Position numbers and translations under genes: made by a program
Notes under the pieces: model-generated
Seen by the model: only the letters and a program-made list of their open reading frames with translations
Databases searched by the model: none
Told to the model about the DNA's origin: nothing
NCBI GenBank assembly: GCA_002269645.1
Contig: NIVC01002708.1
Span: 62,001 to 126,000, forward strand
Length of the DNA: 64,000 nt
Direction of reading: 5' to 3'
Source: Macrostomum lignano
Lineage: Eukaryota
Part shown: one piece after another, positions 22,865 to 37,300 of the stretch
Numbering within the stretch: the stretch's first letter is position 1
Layout: every line of letters begins with the position of its first letter

Positions 22865-25800
22865 ATGTCGAAGCGGAACAAGACTCCGCTGAAGAGATTC
22901 GGTTATGATGATGCTGTAGAGGAGGCTGCGCCAGTGAAGAAGAAGCGGCCAAGCCAGAGTGGCGGCGCCGGCGCATCGGCCAGAGCGGAGATGAAGCCGG
23001 CCATCTACAGCAAAGGCGATTTTGTTGCCGTGAAATCTGATGGCGGTAAGCTGGCATAGAATAGCCATTCATGTATTGTATCAGCTGAAATGTTTTTTTT
23101 AACTTCTTGTCCAGTCTTTTGATTCCATCAAATACAATAGCTGCTCTCAACACCGAATAACTGAAACAGTGGACAAGAGGTTCTTCTCTCCTCATGTAGA
23201 ATTTCTCGCCTCGTATCAGTCTTGAATGTTACAGAATCTGAGAATGAGCAGCAAAATTAATTTTTTTTCTTATATTTCACTACAAAGGTTTGCTACTGAT
23301 TTGCTATCAGTTCTTGTGCTAGTCAGTTAACTAGTTAGTTATTTAGTTAGCTGGTCAGTTAGTTAGGTAGTTGCTTAGTTAGTTAGTTGCTTGGTTAGTT
23401 AGGTAGTTAGTTTGTTAGTTAGTTAGGTAGGTAGGTAGGTATGTAGGTATATAGGTAGTCAGTCAGTCAGTCAGTCAGTCAGTCAGTCAGTCAGTCAGTC
23501 AGTCAGTCAGTCAGTCAGTCAGTCAGTCAGTCAGTCAGTCAGTCAGTCAGTCAGTCAGTCAGCCAGTCAGTCAGGCAGTCAGTCAGTCAGTCAGTCAGTC
23601 AGTCAGTCAGTCAGTCAGTCAGTCAGTCAGGCAGTCAGTCAGTCAGTCAGTCAGTCAGTCAGCCAGCCAGCCAGGCAGTCAGGCAGTCAGTCAGTCAGTC
23701 AGTCAGTTAGTGTGCTTCATTAGCACTCAGCTCCTCTGCATGCGGTAGAATAGCGCATGATAAACGCGCCAACGCTTATTCATCTCATCCAAACCTTTGC
23801 CTGGACAGTCGAAGAAGACTTTTTCGTTGGCCTACTGGAAGAGGCGCTGCTGTCAAACGATCAAACTGTCGGCGTATTCTGGCTAAAAACCAAAGATGGC
23901 GTCAATTACGAGTGGGAATTTCGCGACTCAGTCAATGCTAGGGCGATTATAACGCGCATCAAAGTAAGCTTCAGTGCAAACTAGCAATCAGCGACCCCCG
24001 TTGGGGAGCCAAAAAATAATGGAATACAATTTTTTAATAATCTACATGTTGCTTCTGACCTCAGCCTCGACATCTCAGCAATCCCCCGTGAGCCTTGAGA
24101 TCTCAGCAATTCCCCCGTGAGCCTTGACATCTCAGCAATTCCCCCCGTGAGCCTTGACATCTCAGCAATTCCCCCAGTGAGCCTTGACATCTCAGCAATT
24201 CCCTCCGTGAGCCTTGACATCTCAGCAATTCCCTCCGTGAGCCTTGGCATCTCAGCAATTCCCCCCGTGAGCCTTGGCATCTCAGCAATTCCCCCCCCCG
24301 TGAGCCTTGGCATCTCAGCAATTCCCCCCCGTGAGCCTTGGCATCTCAGCAATTCCCCCCGTGAGCCTTGACATCTCAGCAATTCCCCCCGTGAGCCTTG
24401 GCATCTCAGCAATTCCCCCCGTGAGCCTTGACATCTCAGAAATTCCCTCCGTGAGCCTTGAGATCTCAGCGATTCCCCTCGTAAGCTTGTGTCTACCGAT
24501 ATGTTTCCAAAATAACTCAAATCCTCTCCCTCCTTCACCCATCCAGCTGCGCAAGCTGAGCAAGAATAAATTTCGCCTCGCCGCCAAGACCAAGTCCTTC
24601 ATCTTGGAGAACGTAAAACGCTGCCAGAGCGGCCAGGATCCTTTCGAGTTTCACAGCGAAGATGAAGATGGCGACGATGGCGAAGAAGCCCCAGAGGAGG
24701 CCATGGACGCCGAGGATGAAAGCGACAATGAGCACTCCAGCGCCGACACGGTTGACGTTGAGCCGAAGCCGGCATCTAAGCCTAAAGTGACAGCAACGCC
24801 GAAAGCAAAAGCGGCAGTGAAAACTGCTGACAAAAGGCGTCGAACAACGTCGGCATCGGCAACTGCAGCGTCCGACAGTGCAGCCGGCGAGGCGGCCGGC
24901 GCATCCTCTTCTGGCGCCGGCGCGTCGCCCAAGCCGCAGCAGCAGCGCAGGCCGGCGCTAAAGAAGACGGCTACCCAGCGCGAGCGGGAGAAGCAGCAGC
25001 GCGAGGCAAAGAAAGTCGAGCGCGAAGAGAAAAAGCAGGAAAGAGAAGAGAAAAAGCAGGAAAAAGAGGCGGAGCGGCAGAAGAAGCGCGAAGAACGGGA
25101 AGAACGGCTGGGCAAGTGGACTCTGCAGCCGAGACCGTCGGTTGTGGTTCTGGATACTGACCCGTTCTTCTCCGCTGCTAGCCTGTGAGATTTAATTCGA
25201 ATATTGCTCATTTACGAGTATTAACAAAAAAGATTCGGTTCCGATTTCGTGGCCGTTCTCAGAGGGGGGGGGGCTACTCCCCCTCAAGCTCGATTTTTCC
25301 TATTTCTAAGACCACTTGCTTGTGCCCTCTTTTTTCCAGCAACGATGTTCCCTTCGTATCGCCTTTGAACTACAGCAAACTGTTTATCACGGCTGCGCTG
25401 ACTAACAACATGACTATGCTGAACGAATTGTTTGCTCAGCCGGAGAAGGCGCCAGCCGTAAGTTTTAGAGTATTTTCATCAATTTAATACGGTATTTGAT
25501 TTACTCATTCAAAGAGATTCAATTTAGACTACTGAGAAAAGTAGACAAGTAAGGATTTAATTGCTAAAATCTCTTACATAATCCGAAAAATTTCGCCATA
25601 AAAGAAACGTGGGAGAGGCTGTAGCATGAGTGTAGCTGACTGAGTGACAAAGGCAAAACAAGCCAGACGGCTCCCACTTTTAGTGTGTCATTCTTATCGT
25701 TTTTTATCTGGTGTCATTAATCTTAGCTTACTTTGTCAATCGTTAACGACTGCTTCGGAGGTGTGAATCAAGCAAGCCTATTCAGCTGCGTACTAACCGC

Positions 25801-28800
25801 TGCAAACTATGCTTAACTTGCAGTGCTAGTCGGTGACTGTGCTGGTCTACTCGGCAAACACTCTTATAGTGTTTAAATACATAAACAATATCTTGGATAT
25901 GATTTCTCTTTTTGTGCTACTCATAGTAGACTAGATAGTAAGCTTAGAAAAATCAGCCGTTATTTACTGCAGGTGTTCATTCAGCGATCCGTTGCTCTGC
26001 GCCAGAACGCACTCTCAGTCGCTATTGAATCCAACAACGTCGCTATGCTGCGCGTCATATTTGAAGAGGCCAATAAAAGTTCAGCGAAGCGAACTGCCAC
26101 AATTGAAAACTTGAGCACCTGCGACATCAGCCTGGAGACTGGAGTTTATAATCCTCATTCGCTCGGCCTGGCCAGAATCCGCCGCATCAATGTTAGCCGC
26201 GGCTCTCGCGAAGGTAACAATGCCCTGACAAAGGACGCCAACCGGGCCGCCGGGCCGCTGTGCCACCCGACTAGCGCTTGGCGGCCGGCGATTAACATGG
26301 CTATCAATGCGAGCAGCGTTACCATGGCTACGGTGGATACGGTTTTCAGTCTGGCCGGAATGCAGGGCAATGTGAGTGCGAATGCTTCAAATGGGATCTA
26401 AGACAAGCAGTCAGACACAGGTCTTAAAACTGACTGGCAGTTTAAGATACTAAGGACATACACACGACAGACAATGAGACACTAAAGACATGCAAATGGA
26501 CACTGGACAGACATTAAGAACATGCCGCAGGATAGAAAAGGCACATGCGCACGGATGGACACTAAGACACTAAGTACATGCACACGGACAGGCTAAGACA
26601 CTAAGGACATGCACATGGACAGATACTAAGACACTAAGTACATACACACGGACAGACAAAGATAGACAGACAGTTTTATCTAATACAGGTAAAAAGGGAG
26701 ATAGATCTGCGGTATAAGCAACCTGCACTAGTCCAATACAATTCTGCAGTTGTCGCCACTCCCAGCCGCCTTAACCCTCGCCCCTTCGGCCCCGCAGTTT
26801 AAGTACAACTCCCTATTCGACAAAGTCTACCTGATACTCCGCCGCGGCAACCGAGGCTTGGCCAGCGCTCTGGTAGACGAGATGCTCAAACAGCCGATGC
26901 AGAACGGCGGCTTCGGCTCGCTGCACGGCAAAGCTCTGCGGGCCAATAAGCCGGAAGATCTTGGAAAATTTCGCGCGATATCCATATCCAAGAGCGCTTT
27001 TACTAATAAGAAGGTGAGACTTTAGCTCAGTTTAGTTCAGTAGAGCATTGTGTGAAAGATTCAATTTAGACTACTGAGAAAAGTAGACAAATGAAGATTT
27101 AAATTGTAAAATCTCCCACACCGGTCGAAAAATGTCGCCATAAAAGATATCAAAGCACGAAAGAGTGCACACCGATAGCAGAGGGACTCCCACTTTTAGT
27201 GTGTCTGGCCCCGTTGCCCCCCTCCTCCCCCGGCTTACTACTGCCTGGTACTATAGATAGTGTACTATTTAACTCCAGGTGACGCCGCTGCACTGCGCCG
27301 CAATCAATCCGAACCGAGCCATCCTGGACAGCCTGTTGAACATATTCCCCGATTTCACTGTCGCCGACGAGCACGGCTGGAAGCTGATCCATTACGCTTC
27401 GGCCAATAGCAAGCCCGACTGTCTGGCCATGCTTCTAGACCGCGGCGTGTCAATCTACGAAGTATCTCGGGACGGCATTCTGGCCCTGCATGTGGCCGCC
27501 AAATGCGGCCGGTTCGACTCTGTCCGCCTGCTGCTGGCCGAGGCGCTCAAGCAGAGGCGAAAACGCGATGCCGAATCCGCCGCCGCCGCCTCTGCTCAGC
27601 GGAAAACTAACAATACTACTAATAATAGTAGCGGCAATAATGATGAAGACGACTCCGCAATGGCGACGGCATCTTCAACGATGCTGGGAGACGGTGATGC
27701 TGCTACCGCGGCCGATGCTGCGAAATCTGCAGCGGCCGCCGCCGACTCTGACGAGGACGAGGCCGTGGAGGACAGCGCCCAGTTGTCCGAGCAGCGCTGG
27801 GGCCTGGCCGGTATTAATCGGCCAAATCGGCTGTCGCATACGCCGCTGCATTTGGCCGCCATGGGCGGGCACGCCTCCGTGCTGCGGGTGTTTGTTGAGT
27901 TCAAGGATAGCATTGGTGAGACTCAAATCTTCACGAGCTCGAATCTTCATGAGCTCGAATATTCACGAACTCGAATCTTCTTCACGAGCTCGAATCTTAA
28001 AGAACTCGAATCTTCACGAGCTCGAATCTTCACGAGCTCGAATCTTCATGAGCTCGAATCTTCACGAACTCGAATCTCCATGAGCTCGAAACTTCACGAG
28101 CTCGAATATTCACGAACTCGAATCTTCTTCACGAGCTCGAATCTTAAAGAACTCGAATCTTCACGAGCTCGAATCTTCATGAGCTCGAATCCTCACGAGC
28201 TCGAATCTTCACGAGCTCGAATCTTCACGAGCTCGAATCTTAAAGAACTCTAATCTTCACGAGCTCAAATCTTCATGAGCTCGAATCTTCTAAAGAATCG
28301 CCATTGCTGGTCAGTTTCCACGAGCTTCCAAATCTGATCTTGCTTCAATTTTCAAGCTTATTAATAGCTGGAATTAGCTAAGAAAAATCAAACCTGTGCA
28401 TCCATTTCTTGCGCAGGCCTATCAGTCGATTTGGCCACCTCCGCTGGTCGCAACAAGATGACCGCCCTCCACTTGGCTAGCGAGGCTGGCCATCTTGACT
28501 GCGTCAGGCTGTTGGTTGAACAGCTGAGAGCGGACACGGAATGTCAGGACCGGCTGCGCAGGACTCCAATTACTCACGCCGTGCTCAATGGCCATTCTCA
28601 GGTCTGGCTATAAGGGCTACTGTTTCTAGAGGGCTAGTGGTCAAATTTGGCAAAAAGATACGAAAATTAGAGGGTGAAAGATGGAGATTAGAGAGGTCGA
28701 TAGGGAGAGATGGAGATTATAGAGGCCGATAGGGAGAGACGGAGATTAGAGAGGCTGATAGGGAGAGACGGAGATTAGAGAGGCCGATAGGGAGAGACGG

Positions 28801-31800
28801 AGATTAGAGAGGCCGATAGGGAGAGACTAAAATTAGAGAGGGAAAGAGACGGAGATTAGAGAGGCCGATAGGGAGAGACTAAAATTAGAGAGGGAAAGAG
28901 ACGGAGATTAGAGAGGCCGATAGGGAGAGACGGAGATTAGAGAGGCTGATAGGGAGAGACGGAGATTAGAGAGGCCGATAAGGAGAGACGGAGATTAGAG
29001 AGGCCGATAGGGAGAGACGGAGATTAGAGAGGGAAAGAGACGGAGATTATAGAGGCCGATAGGGAGAGACTAAAATTAGAAAGGGAAAGAGACGAATATT
29101 ATAGAGGCCGATAGGGAGAGACTAAAATTGGAGAGGGAAAGAGACGAATATTATAGAGGCCGATAGGGAGAGACTAAAGAGGCCGATAGGGAGAGACTAA
29201 AATTAGAGAGGGAAAGAGACGGATATTATAGAGGCCGATAGGGAGAGACTAAAATTAGAGAGGGAAAGAGACGAATATTATAGAGGCCGATAGGGAGAGA
29301 CTAAAATTAGAGAGGGAAAGAGACGGAGATTAGAGAGGCCAATAGGGAGAGACGGAGATTAGAGAGGCCGATAAGGAGAGACGGAGATTAGAGAGGCCGA
29401 TAGGGAGAGACGGAGATTAGAGAGGCCGATAGGGAGAGACGTAGATTAGAGAGGCCAAAGGGGGTAGTCGTAGATTAGAGAGGCCAAAGGGGGTAGTCGT
29501 AGATTAGAGAGGCCAAAGGGGGTAGTCGTAGATTAGAGGCCAAAGGGGGGTGACGGAGATTAGAGACCGAAAGGTAAGAAGAGCCGCATGTCTAGAATGA
29601 GTTGTTTTTGAGTATTGAGTATTTCTTCCCGCAGACTAGCAGTTAGATGTGCTCAAATTCCATGTAAAAATCCCAACAAACCAGTGAGCAATTCCTCACC
29701 CCCTCCCAGGTGGCGGCCTACCTGCTGACCCGCGGCGCCAATCCCAACAGGCGCGACAGCTCCGGCAACACCCTGCTGCACTACGCTGCCGCATACGGCT
29801 GGTATCACTGCGTCCGCCTGCTGCTTGAGCACGGAGCCAAGCCTGGCTGTCTAAACGACTGGAAACTGTCCCCGCTAGCCATCGTGTTCCTCAAAGGCCA
29901 CATGGGCCTGGTGCCGTTAATTGTTAAACAGCCCGGCGTTGATATTGACGCTGTTGACGATAGCGGCCGGAGCCTACTGTTTATGGCCTGTTCCAGCCGG
30001 CTGTCCGAGTCGCTTTGTAAACAGGTGCGCCATCTGGTTGAAGATATGGGCGCCTCGGTTACCCTCACTGACGCTGATGGTAACACGCCGTTGCACCTGT
30101 TGGCTGCTAATCAGCCGCGTACTGAGGTGAGTTATAATTATTCGCTTTTTAGTTTTTTACTAGAAGGCGAGGTTCAAACCCTTAAAGCTTTTGATAACTG
30201 AAATTCCTCTTGAAGCTTTTTTGATAACTTAAAAATTCCCCTTGAAGCTTTTGATAACTGAAATTCCTCTTGAAGCTTTTTTGATAACTTAAAAATTCCC
30301 CTTGAAGCTTTTGATAACTGAAATTCCCCTTGAAACTTTTGATAACTGAAATTCCCCTTGAAGCTTTTTGATAACAAATTCCCCTTACAGCCTTGATCAC
30401 TCGAAATTTCACCTTCTCAGCATTGCAATTCACAGTGAAGCAGTATAGTGAAGTAGTGCTTCACCCTATCCTGCCTACAATTTCTAGCAAGCCGAAGACT
30501 CGGCCGAACGGTCCGCACTGGCCGTCTGCGATCTGCTGCTGAGCCGCGGCTGCGACCCCGACCGGGCCAACCAGGCCGGCCTCCGACCGCTTGACGTGGC
30601 CCTGTTGAATCACAATTTCACTTTGTTAAAGCGGCTAGCCAATCACAGTAGTGGAGCTTCGGCTAAGCCCCGCCTAGCCGACTGGTGCGAGGACGATACG
30701 GAGGAGACCACCCTGCATAAGCTGGCCGATCAGTGCGTTGAGCACGACTTCTCTAGCGTTCTGACGGAGTTAATCAAACTGGTAAGATTTATTATTGACG
30801 ACTGGTATTGCTTCTTGGATACTGATTGGCTTTGTCCTTCAGTGGGATGCTTCCTTGGTCCTTCCTTCAGTGGGATGCTTCCTTGGTCGTTCAATGGGAT
30901 GCTTCCTTGGTCGTTCAATGGGATGCTTCCTTGGTCCTTCAGTGGGATGCTTCCTTGGTCGTTCAATGGGATGCTTCCTTCGTCCTTCCTTCAGTGGGGT
31001 GCTTCCTTGGTCCTTCAGTGGGGTGCTTCCTTGGTCGTTCAATGGGATGCTTCCTTCGTCCTTCCTTCAGTGGGGTGCTTCCTTGATCCTTCAGTGGGGT
31101 GCTTCCTTGGTCCTTCAGTGGGGTGCTTCCTTGGTCCTTCAGTGGGATGCTTCCTTGGTCGTTCAATGGGATGCTTCCTTGGTCCTTCCTTCAGTGGGGT
31201 GCTTCCTTGGTCCTTCAGTGGGGTGCTTCCTTGGTCCTTCAGTGGGATGCTTCCTTGGTCCTTCCTTCAGTGGGGTGCTTCCTTGGTCCTTCAGTGGGGT
31301 GCTTCCTTGGTCCTTCAGTGGGGTGCTTCCTTGGTCCTTCATTGGGGTGCTTCCTTGGTCTTTCCTTCAGTGGGGTGCTTCCTTGGTCTTTCCTTCAGTG
31401 GGGTGCTTCCTTGGTCTTTTCTTCAGTGGGGTGCTTCCTTTAAGTGTGGTGCTTCCTTGATCCTTCAGTGGGGTGTTAAGTGAGCAGTGACTCTCAGAGC
31501 GTCCAGTTGCACTCCAATGCCCCGCCCCGCAGCCGGAGAACCGTGAACTACTGCAGCGCATGGTGAACCAGCGAGACGCCAAGCGAGGCTACACCTGCTT
31601 AATTGCAGCCCTGCTAAAGTACCTCAATGTGTTTGTTGCGCCGCGAAACTCTGCCGAAAATAAGGTAGTTAATTCTGCGTATTTTCAAGTCATTCACTTC
31701 AAATTTAATAAATTTTTATAATCGCTTTCTCACCTCGCCTCTCATGCAGCTGTCAATGTCAAACTGCGGTCTGAAGTTTATCAAACTGCTGTTGGAGCTC

Positions 31801-33886
31801 GGAGCCGATCCTGGCATCGCGGTGAAACCGGAGAACTACAAACCTGCCGCTGGTGTGTTCTCAAATATATCAGTGCATCTTCAGTGTCTATCTTCATAGT
31901 TTCCTTGCTTCCTCACCTAGCTCCATTCGTTCTTGGATCTGTTTGATTATCAGTAATTGCATATTTTTGCACGCTTCTCTGACACCCAGCTGTACAAATC
32001 TCTGACACTCAGCTGTACAAATCTCTGACACACAGCTGTACAAATCTCTGACACAGCTGTACAAATCTCTGACACTCAGCTGTACAAATCTCTGACACCA
32101 AACTGTACAAATCTCTGACACCAAACTGTACAAATCTCTGACACCTAGCTGTACAAATCTCTGACACCCAGCTGTACAAATCTCTGACACCCAGCTGTAC
32201 AAATCTCTGACACCCAGCTGTACAAATCTCTGACACCCAGCTGTACAAATCTCTGACACCCAGCTGTACAAATCTCTGACACCTAGCTGTACAAATCTCT
32301 GACACCCCTCGCCCATCAGCCAACAGATTCTCCGCCCCTCGCCGCGGCCGCTCCGCCTGCTACTCGTCGGCCTTCCTGGCCGATCGCCGGGGCGCCAGGG
32401 CTCCCCTATCGCCTGGCGACACCGCCCTGCTGGTTGCCGGCACGGCCGCTAAATACGATTCCGGCCGATGCCTGGAAGCCGTGCTGGCCCGGCCATCGGC
32501 CTCCATAGCCGCTCTGAACGCCTATCAGAGCTCCGGCCGGACTGTCCTACAGGAGCTGGTGCTGGCCCGCCATCTGGAGCCGGCTGTCCGAATCCTGGTG
32601 CGCTCAGGAGCCGATGTTAGCGCCCCGTCGCGTAGCGTGACCGACCGCGGCGAGACCTGCCTGATGTCGGCTGTGCGTCTGCTGCACTCGGAGCAGCCGG
32701 CCGATGATGCTTCTGAGCATCAGCCGGTGCTGGCCACGGTGAAGCTCCTGCTAGAGAACGGAGCTCCACTGAGCGCCGCCGAGGACCGACTTGGCAACAC
32801 GGCGCTGCACCTGTTGGCCTGCTCGCCTAAACGGACACTCGAGCTGGAATCTGTGCTGGACGAACTGCTTCGGCATGCCAGTCCGGATTTGGTTAATGCG
32901 GCCAATGGTCAGGGCCGGACTGCGCTGCATCTGGCTGTGAACTATTCTCACCTGTCTGGTAAGGGTGCTGTTTTCCTAGAACTATTCTCACCTGTCTGGT
33001 TAGGGTGCTGTTTTCCTAGAACTATTCTCACCTGTCTGGTAAGGGTGCTGTTTTCCTAGAACTATTCTCACCTGTCTGGTAAGGGTGCTGTTTTCCTAGA
33101 ACTATTCTCACCTGTCTGGTAAGGGTGCTGTTTTCCTAGAACTATTCTCATCTGCGACTTTTGTATAGCTCCCTTATAATTCAGGTCAATATTAACTCAA
33201 ATTTCAGTGCACCTTCTAATATCTCAAATATAAATAATATCACCATAAAATTCATAATTCCCATAATTCCCTAGGCAACTCATCCACGGAGGTGGAGGAC
33301 CGCCTCCTCGGAGCGGGCGCGGATCCCACAGTCTTGGACTGCCGCAGCCGCACGGCTCTGCACTACGCATTTGTGAAGATTGGGCAGCACGACCAGACGG
33401 CTCACATCGATCCCATCCAGGTGGTGTCCACCCTGTGCGCCGAGACCAATGTTGGGCACATGGACCGGTCCGACAGATGGGGCGCCACGCCTATGCACTA
33501 TGCGGCTGTGCGAGGCTCCGCAGTGTCCATTGTGTTTATGAATGAGGTGACTGAGTGCATTGTTATTGTACTATAATAATAATACTAGTGTGTTTTAATG
33601 ACTCACCTTCTACTGTGTTCAATTTGTATTGCAGCTTGGCATCAAGACTGACACGGCCAGGGCTGATGGCAACACGCCGCTGACGCTGGCAGCCATGTCC
33701 GGCCATCAGAAGTGAGCAGATTCTGTTGCATCTTATGTCTGTCTGTCTGCCTGCCTGCCTGTCTGCCTGTCTGTCTGCCTGTCTGTCTGTCTGCCTGTCT
33801 CTGTGTGTCTGTCTGTCTGTCTGTCTTTCTGTTTGTCTTTCTGTCTATCTGTCTGTCTGTCTGTCTGCCTGCCTGCCTGTCTGTCC

Positions 33887-33958
<72 letters not shown>

Positions 33959-33959
33959 T

Positions 33960-34003
<44 letters not shown>

Positions 34004-34052
34004 CCTGTCTGTCTGTCTGCCTGTCTGTCTGTGTCTGTCTGTCTGTCTGTCC

Positions 34053-34108
<56 letters not shown>

Positions 34109-34109
34109 T

Positions 34110-34153
<44 letters not shown>

Positions 34154-34181
34154 CCTGTCTGTCTGTCTGCCTGTCTGTCTG

Positions 34182-34242
<61 letters not shown>

Positions 34243-34314
34243 TTCTGTTTGTCTTTCTGTCTATCTGTCTGTCTGTCTGTCTGTCTGCCTGCCTGCCTGT
34301 CTGTCCGTCTGTCC

Positions 34315-34350
<36 letters not shown>

Positions 34351-37300
34351 GCCTGTCTGCCTGCCTGTCTGTCTGTCTGTCTGTCTGTCTATCCCACAGC
34401 ACAAACCAGCACTGATAACCTGTATGTATGACCCGTTCCACTCCGCAGCGCGATGGTGAGCCTGCTGCAGCTGGGCAGCCGGCTGACAGTCCCAGTGTCG
34501 CTGCCGCTACAGCCGCAGCCGGCCCTGGACTATCAGTGGCTGCCAGCCAAGCTAACGGCTCAGTCTAAAGCCGGCTCTGTTCGCGAATGGCCTCTGTTGG
34601 AATTTGCGCTCAGAAAGAATTGGGAAGGCATCGCCTATATTATTGTGGACAAGCTGCTGCAGTCTGAGCCTTTCTTTTCCATTCTGACTGTAAGTTTTTT
34701 GTTCAAGTGTATGAGGTATTGATGACCAGCTGCAATAATGGGGCTATTGTTAGTGAGGATAGATAAGCTCTTCTCATCATGGGTAGATAAGCTCTTCTCA
34801 TCATGAGTAGATAGTGCTTCTCATCATGGGTAGATAAGCTCTTCTCATCATGGGTAGATAAGCTCTTCTCATTATGGGTAGATTATTTTACTAAGTTTAT
34901 TAAGAATACTATTTGATGTAGCAAAACTTTGCAGAGCTGCATCCGCTCATTCAATTATCATTTCGTGTTCGCTTTGATGCGCCGCCATCCGACCAAGTCC
35001 CTATCGGATCCGCAGCACCGGTCCACTTTGCTGCACGTGCTGGCTAAAGCCGGCGAGACTAATTCAAATTTTGACTTGCAGTTTAAGGTATGTGGTTTGC
35101 TCCTTTGTGTAAGGGTTCGATGAGAGGGTGAGCGGTGAAGGGTCAGAGGGAGGGATGAAGGGTCAGGGGGGAGGGATGAAGGGTCAGGGGGGAGGGATGG
35201 AGGGTCAGAGGGTGAGGGATGGAGGGTCAGAGGGTGAGGGATGGAGGGTCAGAGGGTGAGGGATGAAGGGTCAGAGGGTGAGGGATGGAGGGTCAGAGGG
35301 TGAGGGATGAAGGGTCAGAGGGTGAGGAATGGAGGGTCAGAGGGTGAGGGATGGAGGGTCAGGGGTGAGAAATGAAGGGTCAGGGGGTAAGAACGTGAGA
35401 TGTATTGAGGAGTGATGTTGAATAGGATAATACAGTGTAAGTAGGGGATTAAAGCGTACAAACTGATCAGAGTAGCTGACAGGCCAGAGAGGCCCAAGTT
35501 GAGGTACGTGGCAGGGTGGAGCAGAGTTTACAGCTACACGCAACTATCTCGGCCTCCGCCAGCTGTTGTCGCTGCTAACAGAGAAGGGCGTGTCGGCTAC
35601 GGCCAAGGATGCCCGGGGCGGCCTGCCGATCACCTACGCCTGTCTGCGCGGGCACTACAAGCTGGCACAGGAGCTGCTCAGGCTGAAACTGTGCCAGTCA
35701 TCCGCGATTGACGGAATGGGTCGCAATCTGCTGTCAGCCACTTTCTGGTCCTATCCGGCCTATTCTGAATCTTTAAAGTAAGAGATATGAAGTTGAACTG
35801 CGTTTATTAGAGTTCTCGATATTTCGAATTTCTTGGGTATCTCGAGTTCTGCCCGTTCTTCTCAATCCTAAGCACGCACTCATACACGCGCTCACACAGG
35901 GTGTACAGTGGCCCTGACTTTCTATTCGTCAGACATGTACACTCTCTGTGCCTTTGGACTAGTAGTATGAGAATTAGTATCGATCTTTTTCAATTATTAA
36001 AACTAGTTTCCAATCCAGATTCTGCTTTTTTAAAGTCCACGACTCTGCGCCTATATAATAATCGTGCGCACGTTTCTGCCTGTTGCCAATCCCTCAGTGA
36101 CTGGCTGTCAACCCTGTGCTCGTACAGCTGGGTGAACATGAACAGCCAGATCGAGCTGCCGGTGTACACGGAGCTGTGGCACCTGGAGTCCAGCCTGCCG
36201 CCCGTAGACTATTTCAACCGATCGGCCGAATCTGCTGACATCAAATTCCGCTCGTTGACTCCGCTATTCGTCGCCATCTACCGGCACGACTTCCGTCTGG
36301 CCAGGGCGTTGCTGCTGACCCACCGAGCCGACGTCAACTCCAAGACGTCCGTGGCCGGGCGCACCCCGCTTATGGAATGCGTCGTATTTAACGATGAAGA
36401 CCTAGTCCGGCTGATGCTCGACCACGACTATAAGCCAAAGTCCATGATGTCGGCGGATGAGCAGCTTCGCAGGCGGCGGCAACGGCAGTCGCCATCGGCT
36501 TTCGGTTTGCCAGTTGAATTGGACGACGATGCCGTACAATCGGCCGAGGCTGCCAGCGACTATGACGGCGGCGACACCGACTCGGTGGATGACGATAGCG
36601 ACGATTCGGACGGCGATCCCGAGTTCAGGCCGGATGCGAGCTCCGAGCAGGTGAGCCAGTCTCTGCGGAACTGCTTATTGCTTGCATGCTCGTAGGTTAT
36701 TAAAGTAGTGAGACTAGCATGAGAATGGGCGAGACTAGTATGGGAATGGTTGAGACTAGTATGGGAATCCGTGAGACTAGTATGGGAATGGGTGAGACTA
36801 GTATGGGAATGGGTGAGACTAGTATGGGAATGGGTGAGACTAGTATGGGAATGGGTGAGACTAACATGAGAATGGGTGAGACTAGTATGAGAATGGGCGA
36901 GACTAGTATGAGAATGGGTGAGACTAGTATGGGAATGGGTGAGACTAGTATGGGAATCGGTGAGACTAGCATGAGAATGGGTGAGACTAGTATGAGAATG
37001 GGTGAGACTAGTATGAGAATGAGCGAGACTAGTATGAGAATGAGTGAGACTAGCGATGCTATAGAATGCAAATGAGTGAGATATCGAAGGATTGAGATTG
37101 AGACAAATATGAGAACACTCGTATGTCACATTGGCAATACCGAAGCCATTTAGCACTTCTCTATCGCAACCAATCAGCTTCGCGGAATTCGTTCGTCGCC
37201 AAAGAAGCGGCCGAAGAAAACGGCGGCCGGCGCCGGCCCGGCCGCTAAGCCTCGCCTTCGCCGCCAGCGTACCACCCTGCGCCAGCAGTGCGCCTTCGCC

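Noticed and set aside
27916-28253. [16 protein letters not shown] repeat domain in the PARP protein
   Set aside because: Read-through past a good donor at 27916 into a 16-bp intronic array that ends in a stop
33712-34459. Long SVCL/DRQT ORFs (also 44816-45637, 30795-31483, 6471-7010, 36560-37156, 46227-46770)
   Set aside because: Translations of micro/minisatellites inside introns or intergenic DNA
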